Shown: one piece after another, positions 120,354 to 130,621 of the stretch | How the letters are laid out: every line of letters begins with the position of its first letter | How positions within the stretch are numbered: position 1 is the stretch's first letter | Source: Hyalangium minutum | Lineage (GTDB): Bacteria; Myxococcota; Myxococcia; Myxococcales; Myxococcaceae | Direction of reading: 5' to 3' | NCBI RefSeq assembly: GCF_000737315.1 | Contig: NZ_JMCB01000005.1 | Span: 20,001 to 268,000, forward strand | Length of the DNA: 248,000 bases | Program-made: the position numbers and the translations under genes | The notes under the pieces: generated by a model | Told to the model about the DNA's origin: nothing | Databases searched by the model: none | What the model saw: the letters and a program-made list of their open reading frames with translations, nothing else

Positions 120354-120554
120354 TCACAGCAGCGGGGACTGGATGACGTAGTAAAGGGATTCAAAGTACC
120401 GGTTCAGCGCATTGAGCATCATCACCAGATAGGGCCAGCCCAACGTGCCAAAGCCCAGCAGGGCTGCTGAGAAAGCGACGTACTCCACGGTGGATTGACC
120501 GCGGCTCCCGGCGAGGGGCCGGGAGGGCTCAGGGCGAAGCGTCCTGCTCTTCAT
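120354..120554 (-). CDS. Flp/Tad-like small pilin
   Basis: RG|QSTVEY prepilin motif + TM. Confidence 0.65.
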   Translation of the reverse strand: MKSRTLRPEPSRPLAGSRGQSTVEYVAFSAALLGFGTLGWPYLVMMLNALNRYFESLYYVIQSPLL

Positions 120555-120837
120555 GGTCGGTCCTTTGAGGGAACAGGCAGTCGTTCCGGCATTCCTGCTC
120601 GACCTGCCAGCAGGCTTTGCGGCACAAGGAGAGCCCGCTTCCCGCGTGCTCCTCGCAGATGTCGGCGCACTTCTCTCGAGCGCTCGTGCAATCTTCTTTG
120701 CAGACGGCTTCCGGTTCGCGGCGGACGGGCTTCCCATGCGCCATGCCGCTCGAGAGGAGCCACAGGCCCCCCAGCGCCATGCCGCGCAGCACCGTCCAGG
120801 CCGCGCGCCGCGGCTTTCGGGCAGAGTGATGCATCAT
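120529..120837 (-). CDS. small Cys-rich secreted protein
   Basis: Signal peptide; C..C..C..C helical motif. Confidence 0.45.
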   Translation of the reverse strand: MMHHSARKPRRAAWTVLRGMALGGLWLLSSGMAHGKPVRREPEAVCKEDCTSAREKCADICEEHAGSGLSLCRKACWQVEQECRNDCLFPQRTDHEEQDASP

Positions 120838-121688
120838 TGCACCTGCTCCTGTGCGTCCAGCGTCAGCAGCACCAGGGCTCCTGGGCTCGAGGGCTTCACC
120901 AGGGCGGAAATCCGGTGAGCCCCTCGGCTTGCCATGAGGTGAGTGCCTTCGGTGGACTGCTCCACCTCCTGCACGGTCCAGCCCTGGTTCCCAAAAGTCG
121001 CTCGGTAGAAGGAGGCCAGCTCCGCCGCTCGCAGGTGAGGAACGTCCGCTTGGACGGAGTACCGCACCCGCCCCTCCTCGTGGAAGGTGAGCACCACGGG
121101 GGGAGAGGCTCCTTCGGGCATGGGCAGCTCCTGGGGCAGGGGCGTCTGGCCTTCCAGGAAGGAGTCCACCTGGCCACTCGACACGAAGACCAGCGTCTCG
121201 CCTCCTTGCGCGAGCACCGACACGAGGTGCGTCTCCTGGGTGGCGGGGTTCACATGCCCCACGTAGCCCGCGTTCGGGTTGTACCAGTGCTGCATGGCAG
121301 GCAGCCCTGCGTCGAGGATCGCCTGGTGGTAGAAGCCAAGCACCTGATCCGGTGTGTCTGACGTCGCGAACCACGCCACGGCGATGGGGGAGCCGGGGGC
121401 CAGATAGTCGGCTGCCATCGCGCGGGGCACGGCCCGAGGGTAAGGAGGTAGCTCCGAGGTCGCGCGCCGGATCACCTGCCGTTCGGACTCCGAGAAGGTG
121501 CCGGGGCCTCGAGGGGAACGCGGCAAGTCCGACTCTGGTGCGTCGTTCTCCACCTCTGCGTCGAACCGCTCCTCACCCGAGGCGCCACTCATCTCCCAGC
121601 CCGTTCCGATGAGCGCGCCGATGACCGCCACACAGAACAGCAGCAGGCTGCCTCGCAGCCAGGGGGACACGGTGTTGGACATCAGCAT
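120834..121688 (-). CDS. hypothetical membrane-anchored protein
   Basis: N-terminal TM; within Tad cluster. Confidence 0.55.
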   Translation of the reverse strand: MLMSNTVSPWLRGSLLLFCVAVIGALIGTGWEMSGASGEERFDAEVENDAPESDLPRSPRGPGTFSESERQVIRRATSELPPYPRAVPRAMAADYLAPGSPIAVAWFATSDTPDQVLGFYHQAILDAGLPAMQHWYNPNAGYVGHVNPATQETHLVSVLAQGGETLVFVSSGQVDSFLEGQTPLPQELPMPEGASPPVVLTFHEEGRVRYSVQADVPHLRAAELASFYRATFGNQGWTVQEVEQSTEGTHLMASRGAHRISALVKPSSPGALVLLTLDAQEQVQ

Positions 121689-122752
121689 CCCTCCACGGTC
121701 TTGCAACCCATGTAGTACGCCCCCCGATTCTTGCCTGTCTTCTCGTAGGCGTCCCGCGAGCCGTCCTTCCAGGGCGTGGCGAAGTAGGGCGAGGCTCGGT
121801 TCTCCTCCTGGATGCGCTGGGTGGGAACCGCCATCCGCGTCTTCTGCAGAGAGACCCGAGCCGTCTTGCGCTCCTGGGGAGGCAGGTGGGACGCCAGCAA
121901 CTGCTGGTCGTTGGCTACTTGGGAGAAGAGCTTGTCTTCATCCAGGAAGCGTTGGGCTTCAGGCAGCACGGTATAGACGAGGCTCACACGCTCCTGCAGC
122001 GCACCTTCGTTGTCGTCGGGGCGCACCGCGAGAGTGTCTCCGGGATTGGAGGCCTTCAGATCCCCATTGAGAGCCCAGGAGTCCGTCACCAGGGCAAAGT
122101 GCTGCTTCTCCAGGTAGTACGCCGTCGTGCCCGTGCCTGCCTTTGCGTTGCCGTGGTAGTCCGAGCCGTCCGCCTTCCAGTTCTTCTTCGCCAGGTCCAC
122201 GTGAGAGAACTGCTGCAGGAAGCTCTGGGGCATCAGGTAGTTCTCCACGACTTCCTTGCCATGGCACTCATACAGCCCTCCGGCCTGACCAAAGGCATCT
122301 TGGTATTTGCGGAAGGCCGGAGTTTGGAGCAAGCCCACTTCCGTCCGGACAGGATCACACGTCACCTGCTCGGCCTCGGGATTGAGCCAGCAGACGTGGC
122401 CGCTCAACGCTCGGCCCGCGTGGTGGTCCTGGGCGTCGCAGTCCTGCCCGTGATTGTAGCTGTCACCACTGGACTCGTGATCGCAGAACATCAGGCGGGC
122501 CTGGTGTTGGACCACTGCCTGGATGCGCTTCGACGCGTCGCTGCCGCCGGAGCCCTTTCTCCCGCTGGGCTCCTCATAGTTCTGCCCTATGAGATCCCAG
122601 GGCGTTGAGAGCACCGCTTCCTGGAGATCTCCCGCGTACCGCAGGAGATCGTCCAGAAAGAGGGCGTACAGAAACGCCGGGACGATGATGATCATGCTGA
122701 TGGCGGCCTCTACCGAAGCCGCGCCGCGTTGCCTCTGCTGGAAGTGCCACAT
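121682..122752 (-). CDS. TadE-like pilin
   Basis: RG|AASVE + TM. Confidence 0.65.
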   Translation of the reverse strand: MWHFQQRQRGAASVEAAISMIIIVPAFLYALFLDDLLRYAGDLQEAVLSTPWDLIGQNYEEPSGRKGSGGSDASKRIQAVVQHQARLMFCDHESSGDSYNHGQDCDAQDHHAGRALSGHVCWLNPEAEQVTCDPVRTEVGLLQTPAFRKYQDAFGQAGGLYECHGKEVVENYLMPQSFLQQFSHVDLAKKNWKADGSDYHGNAKAGTGTTAYYLEKQHFALVTDSWALNGDLKASNPGDTLAVRPDDNEGALQERVSLVYTVLPEAQRFLDEDKLFSQVANDQQLLASHLPPQERKTARVSLQKTRMAVPTQRIQEENRASPYFATPWKDGSRDAYEKTGKNRGAYYMGCKTVEGC

Positions 122753-122775
122753 CGGAGCGTGTCAGGGGCCGCCCG

Positions 122776-124314
122776 TTACATGGGCAGCCGAGGAGTCTCG
122801 GCAAGTTGTGCCGCATCCGGGTTGCCCGCCTCGTCGAGGACCTTGGAAGCCTCCGAGGCGGTGAAGGGGTGAAGCTTGGCGCGCCAGAAGGGATTGAACA
122901 GGTTGGGGGGCTCCTGCCAATCCCCCAGCCGGTGGTAGTAGACGAGCGCCTTGGACAGGCCGGCGCCTTCTCCCGCAGCGAGCTCGAGGGTCCCTTCGCC
123001 CGTCGTGCCGAAGCGAAGCTTCACACTCCCGGCCTCGTTCAGCTCCCACGGAGCCTGACGCACGTCTCCAGCGCGAAGCTGCTGCGTCACGTAGCTGTAC
123101 ACAGGCGGCTGTCCGAAGTCCCTCTCCGGGGACGGGTCCGCGCGGAACTTCATGAAGCAGTGCCCCTTGTTCGCGCAGCTCATCAGCTCCGAGGTGTAGT
123201 TCCCCTGGAACTGGTCGTGTGTTCCCGAGTGGCTCTTGCGCGGCACGTGCTCACCCCCCGACACATCCGAGGAGATCCTCGCTTCGTACGAGGAGCGCCC
123301 GATGCCGTGCTTCCACTGGCTGAAGAGGATGCCGTGCTCGTCCGCGGAGATCACCTGTCCGGTGTTCTGCAGAGAGGGGCCTTCATGAAGGGCTGCCTTG
123401 CCGCGGTTCTGCACCGTCTTTGCGGTGCCCAGATGGGACTGAGGCTGGGAGAAGCCCTCTCCCTGAATGTCACGCGTGAGCAACCGGAGAAACTCCGGGT
123501 GGAGGTACCTGGGCAGCGAGGGCTTGCCGCGATTGGCGATCCAGTTCGTGCGCGTCGCGTTGCTCAGGATGGTCATCTCTTTGGCCCGGTCCGCCAGGGC
123601 CGTGTCCCCTGGCCGGCCGGAGACCCGGCAGGGCATGCCATCGATGGCGCAGGCAAACTCGGCGGAGTTGAGCTTTCCCACGCCAGGGGACAAGGCCGAG
123701 GCCTTGGGCGCGTTGATCTGCTGGAGCTTGGCCAGCCCATGCGCGGTGCCGCCGGACAACACCTGCGAAGTCTCCGCAAAGACCGATCGCTGCGAGGCAT
123801 GGAGGCTGTCCATCAGCCGGTCCAAGGACTTCACGGTCTTGTTGAACTTGTTCTCCAGCCGCTGGATCCGGGATCTCTGCTGGGACGAGGCCTGGCGGAA
123901 CTTCCGGGCGATCCGGACAGCCTGCACGATGTGAGGGCAGTGCTTGCACTTGTTGCCAGACAGCGCCGCCTCCATGGCGGCAATCTGGTAGAAGTTGCTC
124001 TCCCCCGCGCTGTACATCTCCGCGGTGACGCTGGCGGCGGTCATGGAGGCATGCATGCTGTTCATCGCAACATAAGAAGAGGCGATGGCGCGGTTGCTGA
124101 CGGCGAAGTAGTTGAGCGAGCGCGCCTCCAGGGTGGCCATGGAGTAGGCCAGGGCGTCACTGTGCTGCTGAAGGCGCGTCTTGCCGCGCAAGGCGTGGCT
124201 GAGGTTGAAGCTCAGTGCCACCATGAGCGCCAGCAGCAGCAGGGAGAGCGCCGCGAGCACCATGGCTTGCCCGGCCTCGCCGCGCCTTCTCAGAGGTGGT
124301 TGGTGGTCAGGCAT
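122776..124314 (-). CDS. TadG-like pilin
   Basis: AG|QAMV + TM; LQQHSDALAYS. Confidence 0.7.
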   Translation of the reverse strand: MPDHQPPLRRRGEAGQAMVLAALSLLLLALMVALSFNLSHALRGKTRLQQHSDALAYSMATLEARSLNYFAVSNRAIASSYVAMNSMHASMTAASVTAEMYSAGESNFYQIAAMEAALSGNKCKHCPHIVQAVRIARKFRQASSQQRSRIQRLENKFNKTVKSLDRLMDSLHASQRSVFAETSQVLSGGTAHGLAKLQQINAPKASALSPGVGKLNSAEFACAIDGMPCRVSGRPGDTALADRAKEMTILSNATRTNWIANRGKPSLPRYLHPEFLRLLTRDIQGEGFSQPQSHLGTAKTVQNRGKAALHEGPSLQNTGQVISADEHGILFSQWKHGIGRSSYEARISSDVSGGEHVPRKSHSGTHDQFQGNYTSELMSCANKGHCFMKFRADPSPERDFGQPPVYSYVTQQLRAGDVRQAPWELNEAGSVKLRFGTTGEGTLELAAGEGAGLSKALVYYHRLGDWQEPPNLFNPFWRAKLHPFTASEASKVLDEAGNPDAAQLAETPRLPM

Positions 124315-125066
124315 GTGTTCGACTGGGGAAGCGCAGAGGCGTAGAGGTTGGACTGCATCCGCATGGTGTAGGCGGCCCGGATGGGGAGGATGTAGACGCC
124401 CCGGTTGGCGGCGTCCGCGTACTCCTGGCCGAAGAGGTTCTGTCCGGGGGGCTGCTGCTTGCCCATCCGCATCAGCATGGGCAGCTCGCGCTGCAACGCG
124501 ATGGAGTGGATGACCCAGTTGGCGAAGGGGATGGGGAGCCGGTAGTTGAGCGTCACCTGGATGCGCAGCTTGGTGCGGTGGCTCTGAAGCCACTCGTCGT
124601 AGGGGGAGGAGGCCACGCGCGGATCATCGAAGTCCAGCTCGCGCGTTCCTCCAGGAAGCTCCTGGAGCGTGGGCCCGCAGATGGTGACTGCCACGTAGGG
124701 CAGCTTCGCGTCGGGCATCTGGTTGGTTGAGACACCCTCCGAGTTCCACTTCTTCTGGAAGTTCTTGGCACCGGTGACGGGCTGGATGGACTCGCCGCCG
124801 CCTTGGTCCTGGCTGATCAACGGCAGCAGCACCGCGAGCCCCGCCTGCTCCATGGCGTCCTTGTGCGCGTGGTGCAGCGAGCCCACGCGCACGGCCCGGT
124901 AAGCGGCGTACTTCGCCATCAGCCGCGCCTGATGCATCATGCCGAGCTGAAGGATGCCCAGGATCAGGAAGACGAACAGCGGCAGGATGATGGCGGTCTC
125001 GATGGCCGCCTGTCCCGACTGAGCGTGGCGTGGGGATGGCCGCGGGCCTGGCTCTCCTCGGCTCAA
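124290..125066 (-). CDS. TadE-like pilin
   Basis: SG|QAAIETAIILP; YAAYRAVR. Confidence 0.75.
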   Translation of the reverse strand: MSRGEPGPRPSPRHAQSGQAAIETAIILPLFVFLILGILQLGMMHQARLMAKYAAYRAVRVGSLHHAHKDAMEQAGLAVLLPLISQDQGGGESIQPVTGAKNFQKKWNSEGVSTNQMPDAKLPYVAVTICGPTLQELPGGTRELDFDDPRVASSPYDEWLQSHRTKLRIQVTLNYRLPIPFANWVIHSIALQRELPMLMRMGKQQPPGQNLFGQEYADAANRGVYILPIRAAYTMRMQSNLYASALPQSNTCLTTNHL

Positions 125067-125797
125067 GGAGCCGCCCCTGGCTCACGGCCGGCGCTCAGGG
125101 GAGGGAGGCTGACGAGCGCCTGGCGATCCTGCGGGGTGAGGCCCGGCCCATCCGTGACGTTGGAGATGGCGTACTGCACCTCCTCTCGCCCCGGCACCGG
125201 TAGGAACTTGTCGGCGACCAGATTGATGATCTCACGCAGCCCGGGATCCTGGGTGACAGGGCCCAGGCGATAGGTGTCCCACGAGGCCGTAGGAGCCCGG
125301 GTCTCGTTGATGCAGTAGAGGTGCAGTGCCACGGCGAGCGTCTGCTGGGCGGGGACCTGCAGCGGGACGGCCTGGGCCAGCATTCCGTTCTGAGAAGAGA
125401 GATCGTCGGAGATCAGGATGAGACCCGCGGGCAGCTCCACGGTCCGGAGCTGCGCGGAGGTGTTGCGCAGCCTCAAGCAGACGCTCACCAGCGAGCCGCT
125501 GCCCTTCTCTTCTTGGGATTCCTGCTCCTCGGGGATGCAGTCGAGGGCATAGCCTTCAATAGGGGAGAGAAGCTCCACGCCGGAAGGCAGCACATACGGC
125601 GTGCCGACTGGGGTGGCCAGCGATGAACCGATGCCAGGCCGTGTGACGTCACCCGGATTGACTCCAGGGCCACCCTCTCCCTCGGTCCCTCCACCGCAGG
125701 CCACCAGAGCCACCAGTCCCAAAAGCCAGCCCATCCGCCTGAAGTCTCGCAACGTTCCTCCACGCAGGTCTTCCGGTGGCACACTCCGTGTGGCCAC
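125063..125797 (-). CDS. hypothetical lipoprotein
   Basis: LVAC lipobox. Confidence 0.6.
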   Translation of the reverse strand: MATRSVPPEDLRGGTLRDFRRMGWLLGLVALVACGGGTEGEGGPGVNPGDVTRPGIGSSLATPVGTPYVLPSGVELLSPIEGYALDCIPEEQESQEEKGSGSLVSVCLRLRNTSAQLRTVELPAGLILISDDLSSQNGMLAQAVPLQVPAQQTLAVALHLYCINETRAPTASWDTYRLGPVTQDPGLREIINLVADKFLPVPGREEVQYAISNVTDGPGLTPQDRQALVSLPPLSAGREPGAAP

Positions 125798-125922
125798 GCA
125801 TCACCGAACGTGACGCCGCTAAGTAACCCGTGGCGGAAGCGCCTCACAACAGACAGCCAAGAGGCGTGTGGAGGTCCGGCTCCACGGCAGGCGAGCAGGA
125901 TGAAGGAGCCGGATGCGAGGAA

Positions 125923-127815
125923 TTATTTACGATGAGCGCGCCGGAGCTCATCGTTGGCCAACGTGGCACGGACCCGGGGCGCAGCCGCGTGGTCAGGAGC
126001 GAGCTCCAAGAACTTGCGGTAGTGCTCCGAGGCTCTGGCTTGTTGGCCCAGGGCCAAGGCTGCGTCGCCTGCCAGCAATTGGCAATGAGCGTCGTCAGGA
126101 GCTTGCTGGAGGCATTGCTGCGCGCGCGGCAGAGCCTCGTCGAACTGCCGGACCTTGAAGAGCTGCGTCCCCTCCACAAAGGCCCGCCTGGCCTCGAGGC
126201 GTCGAAGCTTCTGCCGGATCTCCAAGGCGCGCGGGTGGGTGGGCGCCAAGCGCAAGAAGCGGGTGTAGCGATCTGCGGCCTTCCGTGACAGCGAATCCGA
126301 CCGTTGTCGGGTGTAAGCCTCACCCGCGATCAGGAAGCACTCGGCCCACTGAGGATCCTGCTGGATGCACTTCTCTCCCTGGAAGGCAGCCAGCTTCACG
126401 TTGTTGCGGAGGAGGGCCTTCTCGGCGCTGGCATATGCGGCCGGGGGCTCGCTGGGGACGGGACGAGGACTCTCGGCAGCGGGGGCGCCCGGAGGGGAAG
126501 CCGAAGGTGCGGCCACGACCATGGAAGCTACCGCGACGGGAATCACGGCGGACGCTCCTCCAGAGGCAGGAGCGCGTGGCTCCTTGCGTGTCAGGCCACT
126601 TTCCCCAGCCACCCGTGGCATTGGCTGAGGCGTGGGGCTCCGTGGAGTGGCCATTGCCAGGGCCAGCGCGGCCCCTGCGACCGCCGAGCCGACTCCTACC
126701 CCCAACAACCTCATTCTGGAGGAGAGGGGACGTACCGGCTCGACCTGTGTGTCCGTGGGGGGCTCTACTGAAGGGGCGCGCTGAGGCGAAGCTGGGAGCT
126801 GGGGAGAGGTTCCTGTCCGCCACCGATCGAGCTGCTCTTGGAAGGAGGGGGGCACCAGCGGCTGCCGGCCCTCCGCCCGCAGGTCTTCCGAGAACAATGC
126901 GTGAATGAAGGAGGAGAGAGACCTCGTGGAGAGGCGGGGATCCATGCTGGCCAAGGCTTCGGTGAGGGCTTCGTCCAGGGCCATGCAGGAGGGGTAACGA
127001 TCTTCGCGCCGGAGGGTCAGCGCCCTCATCACGATGGCATCCAACTCCAGGGGGAGTTCTGGGTTGATCACGCAGGGACGAGGGAACTCGCCACGAACGA
127101 TCCGGGACAGCGCCGAGTAGGCAGGGCCCTCCACGGGAAGCCTCCCGCATAGCAGCTTGTATAGGACGACCCCCGTGGCCCACACATCCGTGCGTGCGTC
127201 CACCAGTTCCCCGCGGGCCTGCTCGGGAGAGAAATAGAGAAACTTGCCCTTCACCGTCCCTGGAGTCGTGGCGAAGTCCCGGGGCTCGCTCGACTGGGCA
127301 ATCCCAAAATCGACGATCTTGACCTGTCCCTCGTAGCTGATGAGCACGTTGTCTGGAGCGATGTCCCGGTGGACGATCTCCAGCGGCTGGCCCTGCTGAT
127401 CCAGGCGGGTATGGGCATAGTGCAAGCCCCGGCACATCTCGCTGCCGATGAGGAGCGCCAGCGGCGCTGGAATGGAGGACAGGCCGGAGCGCAGCGCTCG
127501 CTGAAGCACACGATTCAGGGGCTGGCCATCCACATACTCCATGGCCAAGAAGTACTCGCCGTCGATGCAGCCGAAGTCGTACACCTGAGCGATGTTGCTG
127601 TGCGAGAGCGACGAGGAGATCCGCGCCTCGCGGATGAACATCGTGGTGAAGTCAGGGTTGGAGGCGTGCTCGGGCAGCACCTTCTTGATGAGCACCTCGC
127701 GCGTGACTCCTGCCGCCCCTTGCAGCTGAGAGCGGTAGGTGACTGCCATGCCGCCACGGCCCAGGCATGACACCAGCTTGTAGCGACCGAAAGACTCTCC
127801 AGATTCCACGTCCAT
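125923..127815 (-). CDS. Ser/Thr protein kinase with TPR tail
   Basis: GRGGMA, HRDIAPDN, DFG, FSPE. Confidence 0.9.
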   Translation of the reverse strand: MDVESGESFGRYKLVSCLGRGGMAVTYRSQLQGAAGVTREVLIKKVLPEHASNPDFTTMFIREARISSSLSHSNIAQVYDFGCIDGEYFLAMEYVDGQPLNRVLQRALRSGLSSIPAPLALLIGSEMCRGLHYAHTRLDQQGQPLEIVHRDIAPDNVLISYEGQVKIVDFGIAQSSEPRDFATTPGTVKGKFLYFSPEQARGELVDARTDVWATGVVLYKLLCGRLPVEGPAYSALSRIVRGEFPRPCVINPELPLELDAIVMRALTLRREDRYPSCMALDEALTEALASMDPRLSTRSLSSFIHALFSEDLRAEGRQPLVPPSFQEQLDRWRTGTSPQLPASPQRAPSVEPPTDTQVEPVRPLSSRMRLLGVGVGSAVAGAALALAMATPRSPTPQPMPRVAGESGLTRKEPRAPASGGASAVIPVAVASMVVAAPSASPPGAPAAESPRPVPSEPPAAYASAEKALLRNNVKLAAFQGEKCIQQDPQWAECFLIAGEAYTRQRSDSLSRKAADRYTRFLRLAPTHPRALEIRQKLRRLEARRAFVEGTQLFKVRQFDEALPRAQQCLQQAPDDAHCQLLAGDAALALGQQARASEHYRKFLELAPDHAAAPRVRATLANDELRRAHRK

Positions 127816-128058
127816 GCTTCAGTCATCGTACTCTTGACAGCATGTGCGTCACCGAATGGCCCTCCGGCGCTTGGCGGAGCAGCAGGAGGGCAGAGCGGCC
127901 CCTGACTGCGGATTGGCAGGAATAAAAGGAGGGACGCCGTTTTGCCCTGCCTTACCGGCTGCTTGCCCAGCCACCACTCCAGCGGCAGAGGCCAGTCCCA
128001 CCGGAAGCATTGATGGGAATGACCTCCTCCTCGCGGACGGCTTCTCTGCGGCTGAGCG

Positions 128059-128670
128059 TCATTTCAGCGAAGACAGGATCACGTCGAACTGCGTGCTCGC
128101 GAGCTCGGTGTCGGTCTTCATGTGCTGCAGCATGAGCCCGCGGGTCCTGCCCTTCTCCTTCCACGCGAAGAGCTCGATCTTGAGCTGCTCCCCCGCCAGC
128201 ACGACGTCGAACGCTTTGCCCTGGCGCTCCGCACCGGACACCGTGCGCTTCGGCGCGGGGAGCGCCTTGAGCTGTCCTCCGCGTTCCGTGAACCCCTCGC
128301 CCACCCCACTCGCCAGCGCCTCCAGGACATCCTTGGCCTCCACGGAGGCTGGATACAGCTGGATGATCGCGAGCGGAGACGCGGGGCTTTCGAGCGTGAT
128401 CGTCGTCACGCCCGCCTCGGTGGCCTCGGAGAGCTTCATCTCGCTCGGGTACTGAAAGGCGAGACCCGCCTTGTTGTACGAGATCGCCTTCTTTCTCGAG
128501 ACGATCAATTCCACCGTCTCGCCCTTCGGGGTGGTCACCTTGAGCGGCTGCTCCAGCGACATGGGGTAGGTCTTTCCGCCCACCTTCACCTCGAAGCCCG
128601 CCTCTTCCGCAAGGACGGCGGAGCTACACAGAAGTGCCACTCCGACCACGACCGCTCGACATGCGCGCAT
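128059..128670 (-). CDS. hypothetical secreted protein
   Basis: Signal peptide; Lys-rich coding bias. Confidence 0.6.
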   Translation of the reverse strand: MRACRAVVVGVALLCSSAVLAEEAGFEVKVGGKTYPMSLEQPLKVTTPKGETVELIVSRKKAISYNKAGLAFQYPSEMKLSEATEAGVTTITLESPASPLAIIQLYPASVEAKDVLEALASGVGEGFTERGGQLKALPAPKRTVSGAERQGKAFDVVLAGEQLKIELFAWKEKGRTRGLMLQHMKTDTELASTQFDVILSSLK

Positions 128671-128996
128671 GTGTACTCCCCAAGAAGTGAGCGGCGACGC
128701 TATCACCATGACTGTGGGCGTGTGTGGGGTGTCGGGCCTTCGGTCCGGACGGAGCCGTGGGGCTCGCCGGTTCGTTCGACGCCAGCGTCTCGTCACTACG
128801 CGGATGCGTGGTGCGAACACGCAGCGGCGCGCAGGGAGGACGTTCTTCCATGCCGCATGCTCGCCTGTTTCCCTCGGGAACGGCTCGGCACGCCGTACTG
128901 GCATGCGGGTTGCTAACCCCTCTGGCAGCAACCCACTGCTCCATTCCTGTGAATGGAGCCCACAAACGAAGTTCACCCCAGAGGAGAGACCTTCCC

Positions 128997-129263
128997 ATGT
129001 CGATGCATCGCGCAGCACTGCGGTTCCTGGCTGTGATTCTGGCGACGTCGGCCGTTGCTTGCGGTGGCGAGGCTGGTGACGTTGAGACGGACGCGACGAA
129101 CGCTTTGACTGTCCACGAGCGCGCGGCCTACACGGTGGAGCAGTATCGGAAGACCACGCAGGTTGAGGCCGCAATGAAGTGCTCCGAGGTTCCGGATCGA
129201 TGCTGCACGGACACGGGCTTCTGCTGCACGTGGGGCCACCCCGACGGGCCGATCTGTCACTGA
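128997..129263 (+). CDS. small Cys-rich lipoprotein
   Basis: GAGGAG RBS; AVAC; C-terminal six-Cys motif. Confidence 0.55.
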   Translation: MSMHRAALRFLAVILATSAVACGGEAGDVETDATNALTVHERAAYTVEQYRKTTQVEAAMKCSEVPDRCCTDTGFCCTWGHPDGPICH

Positions 129264-129468
129264 GGCTGTTTCCACCCACCGTCGTACAGCCAGGAGCTGG
129301 GGGAGCTCTGGCAGGCAGGGCTCTCCCGGCTCCATCGGAGCACTGCGGCTGGAAATGCGTGCGAGGTGCACGTATTTTGCTGCGGGCGCGCGACTGCGAG
129401 CACTTCGGCGGGTGTCGGCGTCGGCTCGCCGACGAGTTCACCTCGCCGCTCGAGCACGGAGGACAGCC

Positions 129469-129840
129469 GTGACGATCACGCTGAACCACACCATCGTCCC
129501 CGCGAGGGACAAGAGCGCGTCGGCCACGTTCCTGGCCGAGCTCTTGGGGGTCGAGGTGTCACCCCCCGCCGGGCCCTTCGTGCCGGTGAAGATCAACGAG
129601 GACCTCACCTTCGACTTCGACGATCGCCGCGAGCCCTTACCGGGTCACTACGCATTCCTGGTCGATGACACGACGTTCGACCGGATCCTGAATCATGCCC
129701 AGACCCGGGGGCTCGCCTTCGGCTCGGGGCCCGGAGGTGGCTGGGACGGCCGCATGAACCACCTCAACGGCGGGAGAGGCGTCTACATCCAGGACCCAAA
129801 CGGGCACAGCTACGAGTTCTTCACCGTCGTGCCTTCCTGA
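129469..129840 (+). CDS. VOC/glyoxalase family protein
   Basis: LNHTIV; GRGVYIQDPNGH.YE. Confidence 0.85.
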   Translation: MTITLNHTIVPARDKSASATFLAELLGVEVSPPAGPFVPVKINEDLTFDFDDRREPLPGHYAFLVDDTTFDRILNHAQTRGLAFGSGPGGGWDGRMNHLNGGRGVYIQDPNGHSYEFFTVVPS

Positions 129841-129874
129841 GGCCATCATCCAGCCCCTGTGGCTCGTACAGGGC

Positions 129875-130621
129875 TCAGCTTCCGCGCAAGAAGGCCCGGG
129901 TCATGGCAGCGTACTGGGCGGAGTCTTGTTGCATGCGCTGGAGCAGGTCCTGAGCCTTTGCTGCCTCAGGGCCTCCCATCAGGACGAGAGAGCGCAGCGC
130001 CTTCACATAACCCAAGCGGTCTCTGCGTTGCTCCGCCAGAGGCTCCCGTCGCAGTCCCAGGATGCGAAGGGTCGTCTCACCGCGAGCGTTGCCGCCTACG
130101 GCATAGGGAACCTCCTCCCGGAACGAGATGGAGGCTTCGGGATCATCCGCCGCAGGATCCAGCAACAGAGGGTCTTCCTCTGTCACGTCATTCTTGTGGC
130201 TCCGAGCTCGTTTCGCGGGAGTTCCCAGTGGGAAGAGGTTTCGTTTGAACTGCTGATTGCAGAGCGTGCAGGACACGAACAGGTTGGCCCACTCATAGGC
130301 GAGCCAGTAGTACCCGGGGCGATGAAGGGGCTCTCCTTCCTCCTGGCGCCACCCAGCCTTGGGGCGGAAGTGTTCGACGTCCCCGAAGTCGATGTGGGTG
130401 AAGCGCGATTCGCAGAAGGCGCATTTGCCGTGCTGGGCCTGGATGAGCGCCTGCTTGACGGTCTCGTGGCCGTAGAGGTCCGAGTCGGATTCGAACGACC
130501 TCGTTCCCCTCTCGTAGCTCCGAGCAGCGCGCGAGTAGGCCGTGCTGAAGGCTCGCCGGGCCTGGACCCCTTGGGTGCGAAGAATCTGAGGTGGCTCGGC
130601 AGGTTTCCGGACGCGAATCAC
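129875..130621 (-). CDS. HNH endonuclease, PtuB-like
   Basis: CAFCE..VEHFRPK...SCTLCN. Confidence 0.85.
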   Translation of the reverse strand: MIRVRKPAEPPQILRTQGVQARRAFSTAYSRAARSYERGTRSFESDSDLYGHETVKQALIQAQHGKCAFCESRFTHIDFGDVEHFRPKAGWRQEEGEPLHRPGYYWLAYEWANLFVSCTLCNQQFKRNLFPLGTPAKRARSHKNDVTEEDPLLLDPAADDPEASISFREEVPYAVGGNARGETTLRILGLRREPLAEQRRDRLGYVKALRSLVLMGGPEAAKAQDLLQRMQQDSAQYAAMTRAFLRGS

